Below are positions 1 to 14,296 of a stretch of DNA of 64,000 bases, in pieces. A model generated the notes under the pieces. It was not told the DNA's origin. It saw only the letters and a program-made list of their open reading frames with translations, and searched no databases. The number at the start of each line of letters is the position of its first letter. Within the stretch, counting starts at the first letter, position 1. Source of the stretch: Octopus bimaculoides (Eukaryota); the NCBI RefSeq assembly GCF_001194135.2, contig NC_069006.1, forward strand, positions 23,026,976-23,090,975, read 5' to 3'. Both the position numbers and the translations under genes were made by a program.

Positions 1-117
1 CCAATACAAATATACTTTTGTATACACACTAGGTGTATCACTCCTTGGACTTACAACACAGGATTGTATACTATTTACAAATACATCATTGCAATTATGT
101 AATTTTTCCTTTTTCAG

Positions 118-429
118 CTGAACGTTTGTCTGTCTCTATCCAACCATATCAGTTGACTGTTGATGCTGGAGAAAACGCAAAGTTCATGTGTCAAATCGAA
201 GGAGGACGCAGTGGAACTTTACAGTGGACAAGAAACAACAATGTAAGTGATACTACAGTATTTCCTGTTTCTACTTTTAAAATATATTTACATGTTTTTA
301 ATTGGCTCAGCATAGGTGTGTGGTTTGTAGCCTCAGGCTTGGTTCCTTGGGCAAGAGTCTTCTTTTACTATAGACTCAGAATTGACCAATTGTGAGTGAA
401 ATTTGGCAGAAACTATGTGGAAACTTTCC

Positions 430-466
<37 letters not shown>

Positions 467-874
467 TGAACACATGTATGTATGTTTTTACAAAGTATTG
501 GTCAGCATGAGGTTATGGTAGAAGACAAATTATTGGTCAGCATGAGGTTATGGTAGAAGACAAATGCTTATCTTAGCAGTAGAATCAAATCTTGAGCAAC
601 ATGGTTGCAATGCAAAGTTCTAAAGATCACTGTTATTGTCTGCATTGATTATCTCTTGACAAAAACTTATTTCAGTTTTGTTGTTTTCTCTTTGTATGTT
701 ACTAATTTACCAATTTCTAAATTTTACAGCGACCATTGAGTTCTCGAACCACATCTCAAGATGGTATTCTGATGATCAATTCAGTCACCATCGATGATGC
801 TGGAGTATATGCTTGTACAGCATATGGTGATTCTGGAAGAGCTTCTAAAACTGTAGAATTGGTAGTTGTACCAG
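118..874 (+). CDS. HSPG2: Perlecan N-terminal Ig domain a (exons 118-242, 730-874)
   Basis: [22 protein letters not shown]|[29 protein letters not shown]; 125+145 nt, phases 1-0-1. Confidence 0.9.
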
Positions 875-3800
875 GTTTGTGAAGTTGTTTTTTCTCTGTC
901 ATTAACAAAGTTTTAAAGTTTTAAATCATGGATTACTAACTATTTGAAAATAATATTAAAAAGTACAAACATATTAGAGTGCTTACCACTTGGTCAAGGA
1001 AGCAAGCTATACTACAACGATTGTTTTACACACTTGAACAAAGCATTTTAGTTTGATGGTTTCAAAAAAATATGATTAAATAGATAATGTTTCCATATGT
1101 TCATTGATGTTTATAAAGCTTAAGCCAAATTCAATGAAAATTAACTTTAAAGATGAAGTATTTAAAATTACTAATTAGGAAGGTTGTGGTAAGAAAAATA
1201 ATCGTCAATATTTCAATTGACTATTATTTCATTTAGTGGTTAGGTTTTTTTAAATTGCATGATTTACAAACTCTGTATATATCTCCAGGTTATGAAAATG
1301 ACTTTGTGTGCTGTTCAATGACGTGTTTATTCAATCGTTCCATTTGTATACACATTGATTTCTGATGTTTCTTGCAGGTCCGAGTATAATTGTTACAGTA
1401 GACCCTGAAACACTGACTGTCCGTGCTGGACAATCAGCCAAATTTGTGTGTGATGTCCAAGATGGCAGTGTTAACACCTTGCAGTGGACCAGAGGCGGAA
1501 GAGTAAGCAGGCTTTCTTTTTTCCTCTCTTTCTTTCTTAGTGCATATCTAAACACTTCTGGACATTTTCCTGTTGATCAATATTCTGGACAAGCTAGAGA
1601 TTTCAGACAGGGGATTCAAATGTTAAGTGTGGATGTGTCATGGTCATATTCAGCCTTAAGTAGAAAGCCAGTGAACAACTAACAAAAGTTTTACTGAACA
1701 GCAATAAGATATTTTTGGTCTTTTTGATAGTTTTAAAATGTAATTTCTCCAGTGCATATTGTTAGTAATAATACCAAAGTCGCATTTAGCAACAGACTTC
1801 TTAAGATTGGTGTGATGGAGGGAATAAGTAAATTTTGCATTTTTACTTCCAAAGTTAAACAGTGTGCATTTATCTACAGCCAGCTTGAGTTGCTAATCAA
1901 CAATCTGTCACTGCATTATGTCCAGGTCAGACAGCAGGAAGGAGCTAGAGTGTATAGGATACATTCTTTTGGTTTCAAGGTACAGCTTAATGTCATCCAT
2001 GTATTTTAGCATAGTAATGTCCTTCAAGGTACCATCTATTTTATACTATGAACAACAAGGACTGGGAATAGATCCTTATGAGACTCCAGATGTAATTGCT
2101 ACAGCTGGATGCCCTTCCTAATGCCAACCACTCAGAGAGTGTAGTGGGTGCTTTTTACGTGCTATCGGCATGAAGGCCAGTCAGGCAGTACTAGCATCGA
2201 CCATGCTTGAATGGTGCTTTTTACGTGCCACCGGCATGGGAGCCAGTTAGGCGGCACTGGCAGTTGAAATAAAATAGGAAAATGGAAATCTTTTGGTATC
2301 ATTTATTCTCATATAAACACAAACATATCTCTTGCTTTATCTCTGCCTCTCTTTCATTGTAGCTACTTACAGATTCTCGAATCACATCAGATGAAGGTCT
2401 CTTAATGATTAACTATGTGACTTTGGAAGATGCAGGAAAATATGTCTGTACAGTTGCAAGCTTAGAAGGTATTGCAACAAAAGCAGCTGAATTGATTGTC
2501 CAGCCAGGTGAGATATTTTCATTTTTGTTCGTAAATATTGTTATCCTGCTACAAGAAGCTACAACTTATAATTTCCAGAAAATAGTTCTTTTAGTACCTA
2601 TTGACATACTACTTTGATTATTATTCTCACATATGGAAAAGAAATAATTATGCTTACATAAGTATGGCAACACATTTACGGAATAAAAAAAATGTATATA
2701 TGGATAGAAGCATTGCATTGCTTTGTGGTTAAGAATGTTCCTTCACAACTTTGTGGCTCCAGATTTGATCCCTATATATATATATATATATATATATATT
2801 TAAGATACATGTTTGAAAACAAAATCCTTAAATCCTTTGAGCAATAGAGATGAGGAGTTAAGCAAATATGTGAGGTGATATCAATAAATGAAAAGAAAGA
2901 TAAGAGATATTGTGTTACCTTACATGGGGTGTTTGATCCTACAATATTTTGTGAAAAATTCCCCTTCTTAAGTAGAAGAAAAATATTATCAAAGATTATT
3001 GGCCATTCTAGTGTGTTGTGAGTATTGGCTGAGCAGACTGCTACCTTTCTTTCCTTCTTTTTATACTCATTGAATGAATAATTTAGAGTCATAATGCTGT
3101 GCCAAGATTCGATTTAATTGCTTATACTCTCCTCTGAAATTGTTGAATTAAAACAATACATTTCACTTAAACTGTTTTCATATTTCTGCCTAAAAATACT
3201 CAAATTTTGTTTCCTACATGGCTTAGCTGCTGTAAGAACAAGGCCTCGAGGAATTACCTGATTCTTATTGCGATGACTGAAACATATGGACAATGAAAAA
3301 TAGTTTTGATAGTAAATGACACTAATAGTAAAATGTCAATAGTAGTAGTAGTAGTAGCAACAGCAGCAGCAATAATAAATTGAAACCTTATGTGAATAAT
3401 CTTCTATTATGTTTCAGATTCACGGTATATAGTTGAGATCAATCCATCCATTCTCAGAGTGCGTACAGGTTCACGTGCTGTGTTTACATGTGATGTCATT
3501 GGTGTTCGTGTAGCACAAGTCAAGTGGTCCAGACGATCAGGGGTGAGTTAACTTGGTTATTAATAGCATCAGAAAAAAAAATGAGTGATTTTATTTTAAA
3601 ATTTATTTAAAATTTTATATTTTGGCTTAATCAAGAGAGGAAAAGCAGTACACATGTCTATTTTTCTGGTGGGAGGCAAGCAAGGGTTACCTTCAAACTG
3701 AAATCTTAGCCTAAATGTTTGCAATAGAGTGGAAACAACTGCAGTCACTAAAGGGCCAGGTGGTGATGTTAAACTTAGTGAAAATTTGACTCATCATTAT

Positions 3801-6800
3801 TTACAGAAACCTTAATTAGGTGACTGACTTAGCTATTCCAAAATGTTTCCCAATTCTTTATGTCTGATCATTATTTTTATTTATCCTTCTTCTTCTAGAA
3901 ACCAATATCTCGTAAAGCTTCCATCAGTGGCAACCGTTTAGATATTTATGATATTGAACCTGCAGATGCTGATGACTATGTATGTGAAGTGAACATTGGA
4001 GGAGAAAAGTTGATCAAGGTAGCAAACCTTGGTGTAGATCTGCGTAAGTACAGGAGATGTTTATTATATCGTGTCCTCTTATTTGTCTCCATGTTGCTTT
4101 TCTGGTTCATCTGTTCATCTTATCCATATAGCTGCTGTATTCTGTTTCATAGTTCAGTAACTAGACACACCACCAACTCAACCACCTTCGCTCTACATCC
4201 ACAGTATGCTGTATTACCAGACTCAACCATTATGACACTCCCCCTCTCTACATGTGTACTCTGTTACAATGCTTCCTTATACCTATGTGTGACACTATTC
4301 CTGTACATTGGCACTGTAGTATATTTCTGTGGTCTACACTTAATTATAGCATACCCATTTTGTATCATAAGTACCATATAGCTCACAACCATTCCCAAAG
4401 CAGCTCTGCACACTATTAAGTCTACTACTACCACTCACTCTTCAGTTCTTATTGGCTAATGGTATTGTCATTCTCTTCCTCTTTATATTCTTTAGTTATC
4501 CCATTTGTTGTCACTGTCAACCCACGAACTCTGACTATCCGAGAAGGTGACCCAGCTAAATTCATGTGCCAGATTAGTGCTGGACACTCAGGAACCATAC
4601 AATGGACCAGAAGTGAAAGGGTGAGCATAACTTTGTCATTCACCAATAAAGTGTGAACAAAATATTCATCTTCAATATTTATATTTACCTCTATGTTTCT
4701 GTTGGTCTTCTTTTCCGTTGTCAATTACAGTGTCTTGTTCCTGAATATACACATGCTAGGAGTCGGATTAGGAGACCATTTTTAAAGTAATAGCAGAGTG
4801 TTCTTATCCCCTGTGCCATTGATGCAGTATAGTTACATTGTTCAAATCCAGTCAAGACTATGTACCTATCCAGGAATAAGACTCCTGATTTTGATTGTTG
4901 GTAAATCTATCAAAAAGGAGCAGAGACAAAAGTAGTGAAAAAATGTTTCATCTTTGAACATGTGGCAAATAGTTTAAAAAATTCAAAATTTATATTGTAC
5001 ATATAAGGGTAGAAAGATGATATGGCTGTGTGGTTGAGGATTCCATTTCCCAACCATGAGGTTGGGGTTCAGTCCCTCTGTATGGCACCTTGAGTAAGTG
5101 TTTTCTGCTATTGCCCTAAGCTGACCAAAGTCATGTAGGTGGGTTTGTCAGATGGAAACTGAAAGAAGATTGTCATGTGTGTGTGTGTTTTTATGTGCAT
5201 CCATGGTTGCTTAAATTGTATGAAAGTATGGTGTTGTTCTCAGTTTCTCCTGTCAACAAATTGTTCAGGCACTTCGTGATGTTGAAACTGTGTGAAAAAA
5301 GTGATCTCTTGAAAACAAATACAAGTTTGCCTCAGGAACAGCATCCACCTGTAAAACTGTGTCTTAAATAATGTATTTGTGCATCCCATACAAGCATGGA
5401 AAAATGGCCATATAACAAATGAACAAATGTGTGTGTGTTTGTGTCTGTGTTATGCTTAGGTAGGGTTGTCATTTTTGTTGCTGTTAAGAATCGATAGCAT
5501 GCCAGGAGAAATATCCTTCGATATTTAGTTACATTCATTTTTGCTCTGAGATTGAGTCAAATAATGCAAAGTATTTAGTTTGTTATAATGTAATTTTTTA
5601 ATGCTATTACTTGCAGCGAGCTCTGGGACCAAGGACTTCATCTATTGATGGTATTCTCATGATCAATGCAGTAACTGAGAATGATGCCGGCGAATATGTA
5701 TGCAATGCCTTTGGTGACAGCGGAAGGGCATCCGAGACCGTCCGATTGATTATAGACACCCGTAAGTCTCTCTTTTTAAATATCATATCAACTGTTATGT
5801 CATGCTGCTACCATTGCTGTAAAATTATTGGGTAGATGACAGGCCAGATCTGGTCAGTTTGACCATAAAACCAGTAGAATATTTTTAGATTTTCTTGTTT
5901 TATAAGTTGGAATAGTGCATTGTAAAGTCAAAATGTAACATCAACAAAGAGAAAAATTAGTTAAATGTTTATGCATTTAAACTGGTAGAAATTAGTCTGT
6001 TGAGGCTCGACCAAGACAGAATGAAAGATGAGAGCAAAGTAATAGAAGTAGTGATACAGATTTGGTATTGAGTGAAATGTACTTAAAAGAGAATGAAGCT
6101 GCTCTTTGTTCTCTTACATAGCCAAACTTTGGCACAGAAGATAATTAGTTTCTATTTATCCAAAATAACATGTGACTGCAGTGAATCTAAAGTAAACATG
6201 GTTTCTGTCTGTGCCATGTAAAATGGATCACAGACTACCAGTTTCTGGTTGACTAAAATAATACACATTGCAAACTGTTGAAATCAGTATAAATTTATGT
6301 CATTGACCGTTTTAGAGATTGGACCAGATCCAGGCCGCCCTGAAGGACCTTGTCGTCATACTGAAGCCACATGTAACAATGGTCAGTGTATACCCAAAGA
6401 TTTCCGTTGTGATGGTGAAACAGACTGTGCAGATGGTTCTGATGAATTTAGCTGCAGTAAGTTATTTCTTTAATTATATTTGTGTCATTTGAGTGAAATA
6501 TTTAGAACAGTCTGATGTAACAAAATATTCCCTGTATATTATTCAGGTCAGCCACTTCCATGTGAACCCAATGAATTTAAATGTCGAAACGGTCATTGTG
6601 CTATGAAAATCTGGCGTTGTGATGGCGACAATGATTGTGGAGATGGTTCTGATGAAGAAAATTGCCGTAAGCTTAAGTTTTGCTCTTATTCTATGTATTT
6701 TTAAATGAAATTACTCTGATTCTTTGATTTTAATTAACTTTACTGTTTAGATTTAAGTTTTCTCAACAATTCATTCAAAATGAGTTAAATGTTATTTTTC

Positions 6801-6916
6801 TTTTCATAAATTTAGCCATTTATTTATGTAATAGCAATATTATAGTATGCAGAATAATATTTGTTCACTGTTATGTTCAAATTTCATTCACTTTATACAC
6901 ACACAACCAGTTAGAC

Positions 6917-6964
<48 letters not shown>

Positions 6965-8934
6965 TAATGCCTTTTCGTTCTCTAGCCTTCATTATTTCCG
7001 ATCTGTTTATTCAGCATATCTAGTAAACAGCTCATCTCACTTCCTTAGTAAAACATTAGATTTTACTCTTGTTAAGGGCAAAACAGTTCATTCTGTTTTG
7101 CAAACTTTTTGTAGGCTTTATTTCCAGTCACTTTATCAAGTCAATTGCATTCAGTTTCTCATAATTATAGCGTGTGGTAATTAATATGAATTCTTAAATG
7201 TGATCAATTACAGCAACTGGTCCTCCAGGATCTACCTGCGATATGGATGAATTCAAATGCATTGCCAGAAACCAGTGTATTCCATCCAGCTACCAATGTG
7301 ATGGGGAAAATGACTGCTTGGATCGTTCTGATGAAATTGGCTGCAGTAAGTAGATTTCTTTCAAATAGGAACAAAAGAAATTAAGTCAATTTCAATATAC
7401 TACCAGATTATCTGTATTCTATGAACTGTAAAGATGACTTTAAATGGATTTGAACATAGTAGTGCGTGGGGTGGCAATAGGCTGTTGGGTCTTATATTAT
7501 TGTTTAATCCTTTAGCATTCAAATTACTCTCTCAAAATTTAGTGCTTATTTATTCACGTTGTTTAAATTAATCATGCATTATCTTGTAGTTTTGAGATTT
7601 TGATAAGGTAGCCATTAATTTTTAGAATGATATTATAGGGTTGGTGTGAGAGGCCAGATCCAGTTAATTTGAACATAAAACAGGTAGAATATTTTAGCCA
7701 GGTTTGGCCAGTTTAAATGCTAAAGGGTTAATTGTTTCAAACATCCCTAACACTCTTGTTATCAATTAATATTGATTGCTAACATTGGTACAAGCCTCAA
7801 ATTAGTGGTGAAAGGTGGAATCAGTTAGATTTACTTTTAACTTTCATGAGGCAGATAAATAAAGTTGATCATGGCAAGATTTGAACAATTCAGAACTTAA
7901 AAAGATGTAACTAAACACTGCAATAATGCTCTACTGATTAATGATACATGGTGCTTGTATATATGATACATTTATAGTTTCATACTTTATCCTTATAAAC
8001 TGCCACAACATTGTATTTACATGAAGAGAACCATATCTTTTCCCCTACAAAATCACTTCAAAATATCTTTCAGTAAGTGTATGATGAAACATACTAAAAA
8101 TGGTTTTCCCACAAAATATACTTGTAAAATAGGGATGATAAGGTATTCTGTGAGTGGATCTCAAGTCTGAAGATGTAATCTTAGCTAGTATTCCATTATA
8201 TAGTCTTTATGATTGGAAGGAAGCTTAATAAAATAGATACTGAGTTGATTTGATTCTATATCAAAATTTATCTTTTTGAGCCAAAAGATAACAATATTAG
8301 ATTATAATAAATTCTGGATAGAAACAGTTGTGAAAATGTTTGGCAATATAAGAAACAAAAGTTATGCATTTCACCAGACTTAATCAAATTCTGAAGCACA
8401 TCTTTTTCTTTGTGTCTTATACTAACAGGTTCTCCAGTGATTGTTTCACCTCCAATTAAGGACATTGAAGTTGAAATTGGTGGAACATTCACAATTGTCT
8501 GCAAAGCTGTTGGAGTTCCAGTACCTCTCATCATATGGCGTCTAAACTGGGGCAATATTCCTAAAGGAAGTCGAGTGGTCACAACAAGTCATAATGGTCA
8601 TGGTATTTTAACAATCTCTGATGCAAGGCTTGAAGATGCTGGAGCGTACACATGTGAAGCTATGAACAACAGAGGAAGCATTTTTGCCTTACCTGATGCT
8701 ATTGTTGTGGTCAGGAGTAAGTATTTTTGTGTTATCGTTGCTTCAAAAGAGAGTGTATGTACCATGTGTGTGTGAAGGTTTTTTTCTCTCCAATGGATTT
8801 CATATCTAATTATTTTTATTCTTTAGCAGTATATTGTCTATCTCTTTTGGTCATGTGTAAGGTGAACTGACCACTGACAAAGATGTTGGGTAACAGGTGT
8901 ATATGTACAGACATCCTAATACACACACACACAC

Positions 8935-8981
<47 letters not shown>

Positions 8982-11900
8982 TTAACTGTGGACTATTATG
9001 TATTTAATCAGGTTCCATTTTACAATTAAGATTAGCAAGATGGAATTTGGTAATATACCTGCATTTTGTGAAAGTATTAAACAAGTGTCACCCACATGCA
9101 ACATAATCAATTTCCTCTGTTTACTTCAATGTCTCTCAACTGTTACATATCATATAACATTGGTTAGATGTTCCTTCTCACTGTTCATCTTTTATTCATC
9201 TTTTCTAATGCTACTCTATTTCCTCCCCTATTTTTAGGACAGAAAGGTGTTTGTCTTCCACCATTCTTCAATGACATTGCCGTTTCCAGAGAGGAATGTA
9301 TGAGCTGCTTCTGCTTCAAGCGATCAATCCGTTGCAACAGCAGCAACCTGAAGAAAGTTTGGGTAAGTTTGTGCAATGTCAGTATAATCTCCTATTGATC
9401 ATTAACTTGTTATATTAGGTGTAGAATTTATTTATTCATTATTTATCTTAAATCTATATTCAGATCACCATGGGTAGCAATTTGAAGCTTGTGAAGCGTC
9501 GTGGAGACACAGTCCCAGAAGATGTTAGTGATTCATTGGTTTCTTATGATTTCGGCAAGCGAGAATTTAGCATTCCAGGCAACCGCTTTATTCCATCTGG
9601 TGTCTACTACTTCAGCCTTCCCCGTCAATATTTGGGAAATAAGGTAAGCATTTTTAGGATTTCATTCTTGTGCATCTCTTTGTTCTTTGAGTAAATTAAT
9701 TCTTTCATTTATAGAAATTTCTTATTGGGATGAAACTGAACTTTTCTGATTAAAAATAAGAAGGGAGAAAGTAGCATCAATGCATGTATATTTAAGTGTA
9801 TATTTCTGCCTGTGTTTTTGTGAAAATGTATGCAATTGAATGAAATCTGGTATGACAATGAAAACGGAAAACCTCTCAAGTGTATAACCTATAAATATAT
9901 GTATACCATACATTACAGCCGATACATCTTTGATACTTGGCATACTTTAAAAACATGTAAACATGTTTCTAAGATAATGCAAAATAAGAAGGATTACTAT
10001 TGTGCAAAAATAACAATACCTCTTCTATATTATTTAACAATTTTAATTTCAGCCTTTTACTTTCTTTTCAATCTTAATTTATTTAATTAAATTAATTTAT
10101 TATTTTTTATTTACAGTTGACCAGTTATGGTGGTGATTTACAATACAAGATGTATTTTGACAGAAATGGAGCCCCATCTAGAATTGAAGAACCAGATATT
10201 ATCTTAATGGTAAATTTCATAAGCCTTTTTTTTTGTAGAGTATTTTTAACATTTTGTGGAAGCAAGTTAGGTTGATTGGTTAAAAGTTTCATTTCATAAC
10301 CCTGATCCTACGGAATTTGATCCTACTGCATGACATCTTGGATAAATACGTTTACCATACCCTTAGCGGTATTTCATCTGTCTTTTTGTTCTGAGTTCAA
10401 ATTCTGCCGAGGTCAACTTTGCCTTTCATCCTTTCAGGGCAATAAATTAAGTACCAGTTGTGTACTTAATTGACTAGCTCCCTCCCCAAAAATTTCGGGC
10501 CTGGTGTCTAGAGTTGAAAAGGATATATATATATTGATGTACAGTGATATTTATATGCAAGAAAATACTCAAGTTGACATTTATTGTTATTATTTTCATT
10601 AAATATTCTTCTTGTCATATCTTTTTATTTTTAAGGTAATCCAAAATACCTTCATGTTATATTTTCTAATTATAGGGTAGTGACTTGACAATTTTCTACA
10701 GAGTTTCAAAGAATCTCAACCCAGGTCGTGAAAACTCAATCAGAGTACCAATGCTTGAGGTTTGTATTCTGTTTTCTACACATATCTATAAGTACACCAG
10801 GCAAATTATCAATATTTGTATGTACATAACACACACACACTCACACTCTCTCTCTCACATACACACAAACTCTCACATATACACAAACTCTCACTCTCTC
10901 TCTCTTTCTCTCTCTCCTTTCTCTCTCTCCTTTCTCTCTCTCCTTTCTCTCTCNNNNNNNNNNNNNNNNNNNNNNNNNNNNNNNNNNNNNNNNNNNNNNN
11001 NNNNNNNNNNNNNNNNNNNNNNNNNNNNNNNNNNNNNNNNNNNNNNTTATATCTCTTCTAACAGAACTCCTGGAGAAAAGACCCAGGAACTGGTTCTGGT
11101 TCTTTTGCATCAGATGCTGTTACTCGTGAAGAATTCCTGGAAGTTTTGTCCAACCTTACTAGCATCTTTGTGAAAGCAACAGTTGACAGTGGCCAAACAC
11201 AAGTCCGGTAAGTACCTGTTGATTGAAGCTTCTATCTATTTATCCAATATTTTGGGTTGAGTTCTGTAAGTGGATCACTGCACTGTTCATTTCATTATAT
11301 TTGAATATTGGTCAAAAATAATATCATTTGTGAAAAAGTGATGAAGTCAGATTTTGAGAAATGCTGTGTGGTTGACACTAGATGGCAATAGGTCTGCTTT
11401 AAAGGAGATAATATATCTGTATTTAATATGTTGGGTTTAAATGCAAGAAGCTTTATTTTATGTTATCTGATCAAGAGAAAATGTTTCTTGCTTTAGACTG
11501 GTATTTCTTCAGTAAGACTGTTTATTTCTCTTTCACTTTCTGCTACTTTATATTAACAGAAAGTAAACCAATTATTTTGTTGAAGATTCTTAGAAACAAC
11601 ATAACTGGGATAATTGGGGATAATGTTTTCTAACACTGGTATAGAAGTTTCCTGTCTGACCTTTTATACAAGTTTCTGTTTTTATTGTTGGTGTTTTTTA
11701 TGGTTAACTCTGCCTCAATATATATTTTCAGTATAAGTGGTATTGTAATGCACATGGCACGAGAACAAGGTACTGGAGACCGAGCTGTATTTGTGGAAGA
11801 ATGTAATTGCCCAACTGGTTATGATGGCTATTCTTGTGAGGTAATCTAGATTATCCTTTTATTTAACTACTTTTGATTTTTAATTGGTGTTTTTTTATAG

Positions 11901-13794
11901 CTTAATTCAGAGAGGAAATAGTTATGACTATGACCTTTTTCACAGCCTCTAATGACTGGTGAGAAAAATGTTATTTTCACTCCAGAATCCTTGCTTGTAA
12001 CAGAGTGGAGTCTGCTAAAGTCACTCAAGGGTCATGTGGTGGTATTAAGTCAGGTGAATTAAAAGCAACTGTGTTACTGTAACAGCTACGTTTTTCTTCT
12101 ATTTCAGAGATGTTCTAAAGGATACTACAAGACCAACCAGGGTAAATATGGTAGCTGTGTTCCTTGCAACTGTAATGGCTTTTCCAATGACTGCGATCCA
12201 GTTACAGGAGAATGTATTGTAAGTTGATTCATTTCTTAATGCTATTAATTATCTTCATCGTACATTTCCTTTTCTCGTTATTATTAAAAGCTGAATTGAT
12301 ACACACAGAAGTGTGCATCTTAAAACCAGAGTTAGGCTTAGGTGGGTTGGTAACGAAAGGGTTAAAGTTAATGGAACTGTGAAAAGTTCATCTTTACTCT
12401 TTTAATAAAACAAAGTTTACTGAAATAAATGTTGTTTCAGAATTTTTGTGTGTTTTTTGTTTTTGTTGGAACCAGAAGTAAGAACAAAATGAGAGAAAAA
12501 GGAAAGAAGATATAATTTTATTAACGTGAGTTTTATTTGCTTCACTTGACTTTTTTCCCCCATTATGTCATTTACAGGATTGTCAAAGGAATACAGGTGG
12601 TGCCCGCTGCGACAGGTGTGAAGAAAGTTATTATGGCGATCCTCTGCGAGGAATTGAATGCCGACTCTGCCCATGTCCTCTTACCTCAGGACCTAACCAG
12701 TATGTATTTTGCTAATTATACCAACATAAATTAAGTGAACCAGACAAGTTAAAAATTTGAAATAAATGAAACAAAATAACTAGATAATTATATAAAAATC
12801 ACAATAATTTTAAAAATTGACAAGATAATTCCACAAATGTTGGTAGAGGGAATTGTCACTACCACCCCCACTCCAGTACTCAAAAACTACATATTTTAGT
12901 AAACTGGTGCCTGATGGATTTGAAACTCAGAATACAAAAGGATTTAACTAATTCTGCGAATCATTCCGTTCAGCAATCTCCCAATTCTTTCAAAGGATTT
13001 CTAACTTGTATATATGACTACAAATTTACTGTAAAGTAGTGTAACCTACTGAAATAGTTATCAGCATCTATAATAACGATACTTTATTTAATTTCTAGGT
13101 TTACCAAGAAATGTAAACTCAACCCTGATGGTAGCATTGAATGTATTGGCTGCCCTGAGGGACATATTGGTAAACAGTGTGAGAAATGTGCCGATGAATA
13201 TGTTGGTGATCCAACCAAACCAGGAAATTACTGTCGACGCTTTGATGGTAAGTTGCAGTTACACCATACTTTATACATGGCTGATGGTTTGTACATGTGT
13301 GTGTATATAACATGGGAGAGAAAGAAAATGGATTTCACAAGATTGTTTATTAATTACTATATCTGTCACCTGAAAGACACAAATGCATGATGGTTTGAAA
13401 TGATCATAGTAATTAATAAAGAATCCCATGAATTCCATTTTCTTTCTCATGAATTCCATTTTCTTTCTCTTTCTTTCTCATTTGTTATAAACTCTATGGA
13501 CACAATAGAATTTCTAAAGTAAATCTAGTGGCATTTGAATTCATATTCAGGTAGCTGAATACAGCGAATGGGCTTTAAACAGCATACAAGGTGTATATGT
13601 ATATATATATGAAAATCATGTGAAATCAAGAGAAGAAAAGAGGGTAGAAGGTTATGAAGATGGTCTTGTAGAACTTGTACACTAATATCACCAGTGTGTG
13701 TGTGTGTGAGAGAGAGAGAGAGACAGAGAGAGAACTTATAAAACCCCCTTATTTATGCAGTATATGCGAATATAGCTGTTTGACAGTATGTTTA

Positions 13795-13828
<34 letters not shown>

Positions 13829-14240
13829 ATGATTGTAGTTGTTTGTATATATGCAACATATCTATAGAGGAAAACAGTAAAATTTCTTCTCAATTCCAGA
13901 ATCATGTGATTTGAGAGGAAGTTTCTCCAGAGATCCAGATTTAACAACAGAGAAATGTACCTGTAAGGTAAGTCTTTGTTCTGATCAAGGCTTGTTATGT
14001 CAAAAAGAAAGAAATGAAGAGGAGAAAAAACACAGATTCCACAGGCCACATTTCGGCAGCTCATCTAAGAGTGCAGTAACACAATAAAAGGCACCTAGCC
14101 CATGTTACAAAGTCTGAAGTCCTTCAATATAGTGGAAGGTACACTAGATGCCGAAATATCGTTCACTTGATAACAGTGACACTCTTCTTTTTTTTGCTTC
14201 TGTATACCTTCTGGAGGAGTTACCTCAATCCTATAAAATA

Positions 14241-14296
<56 letters not shown>

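Noticed and set aside
826-840. DSG motifs in the N-terminal Ig domains as heparan-sulfate attachment sites
   Set aside because: They lie in the folded F-G hairpin of Ig domains, without the acidic, unstructured context of typical GAG sites.
3989-4381. 130-aa ORF and the Thr-rich stretch after exon 3899-4043 as a mucin-like exon
   Set aside because: It is read-through into the intron past the donor at 4044; no good acceptor/donor pair and no domain signal.
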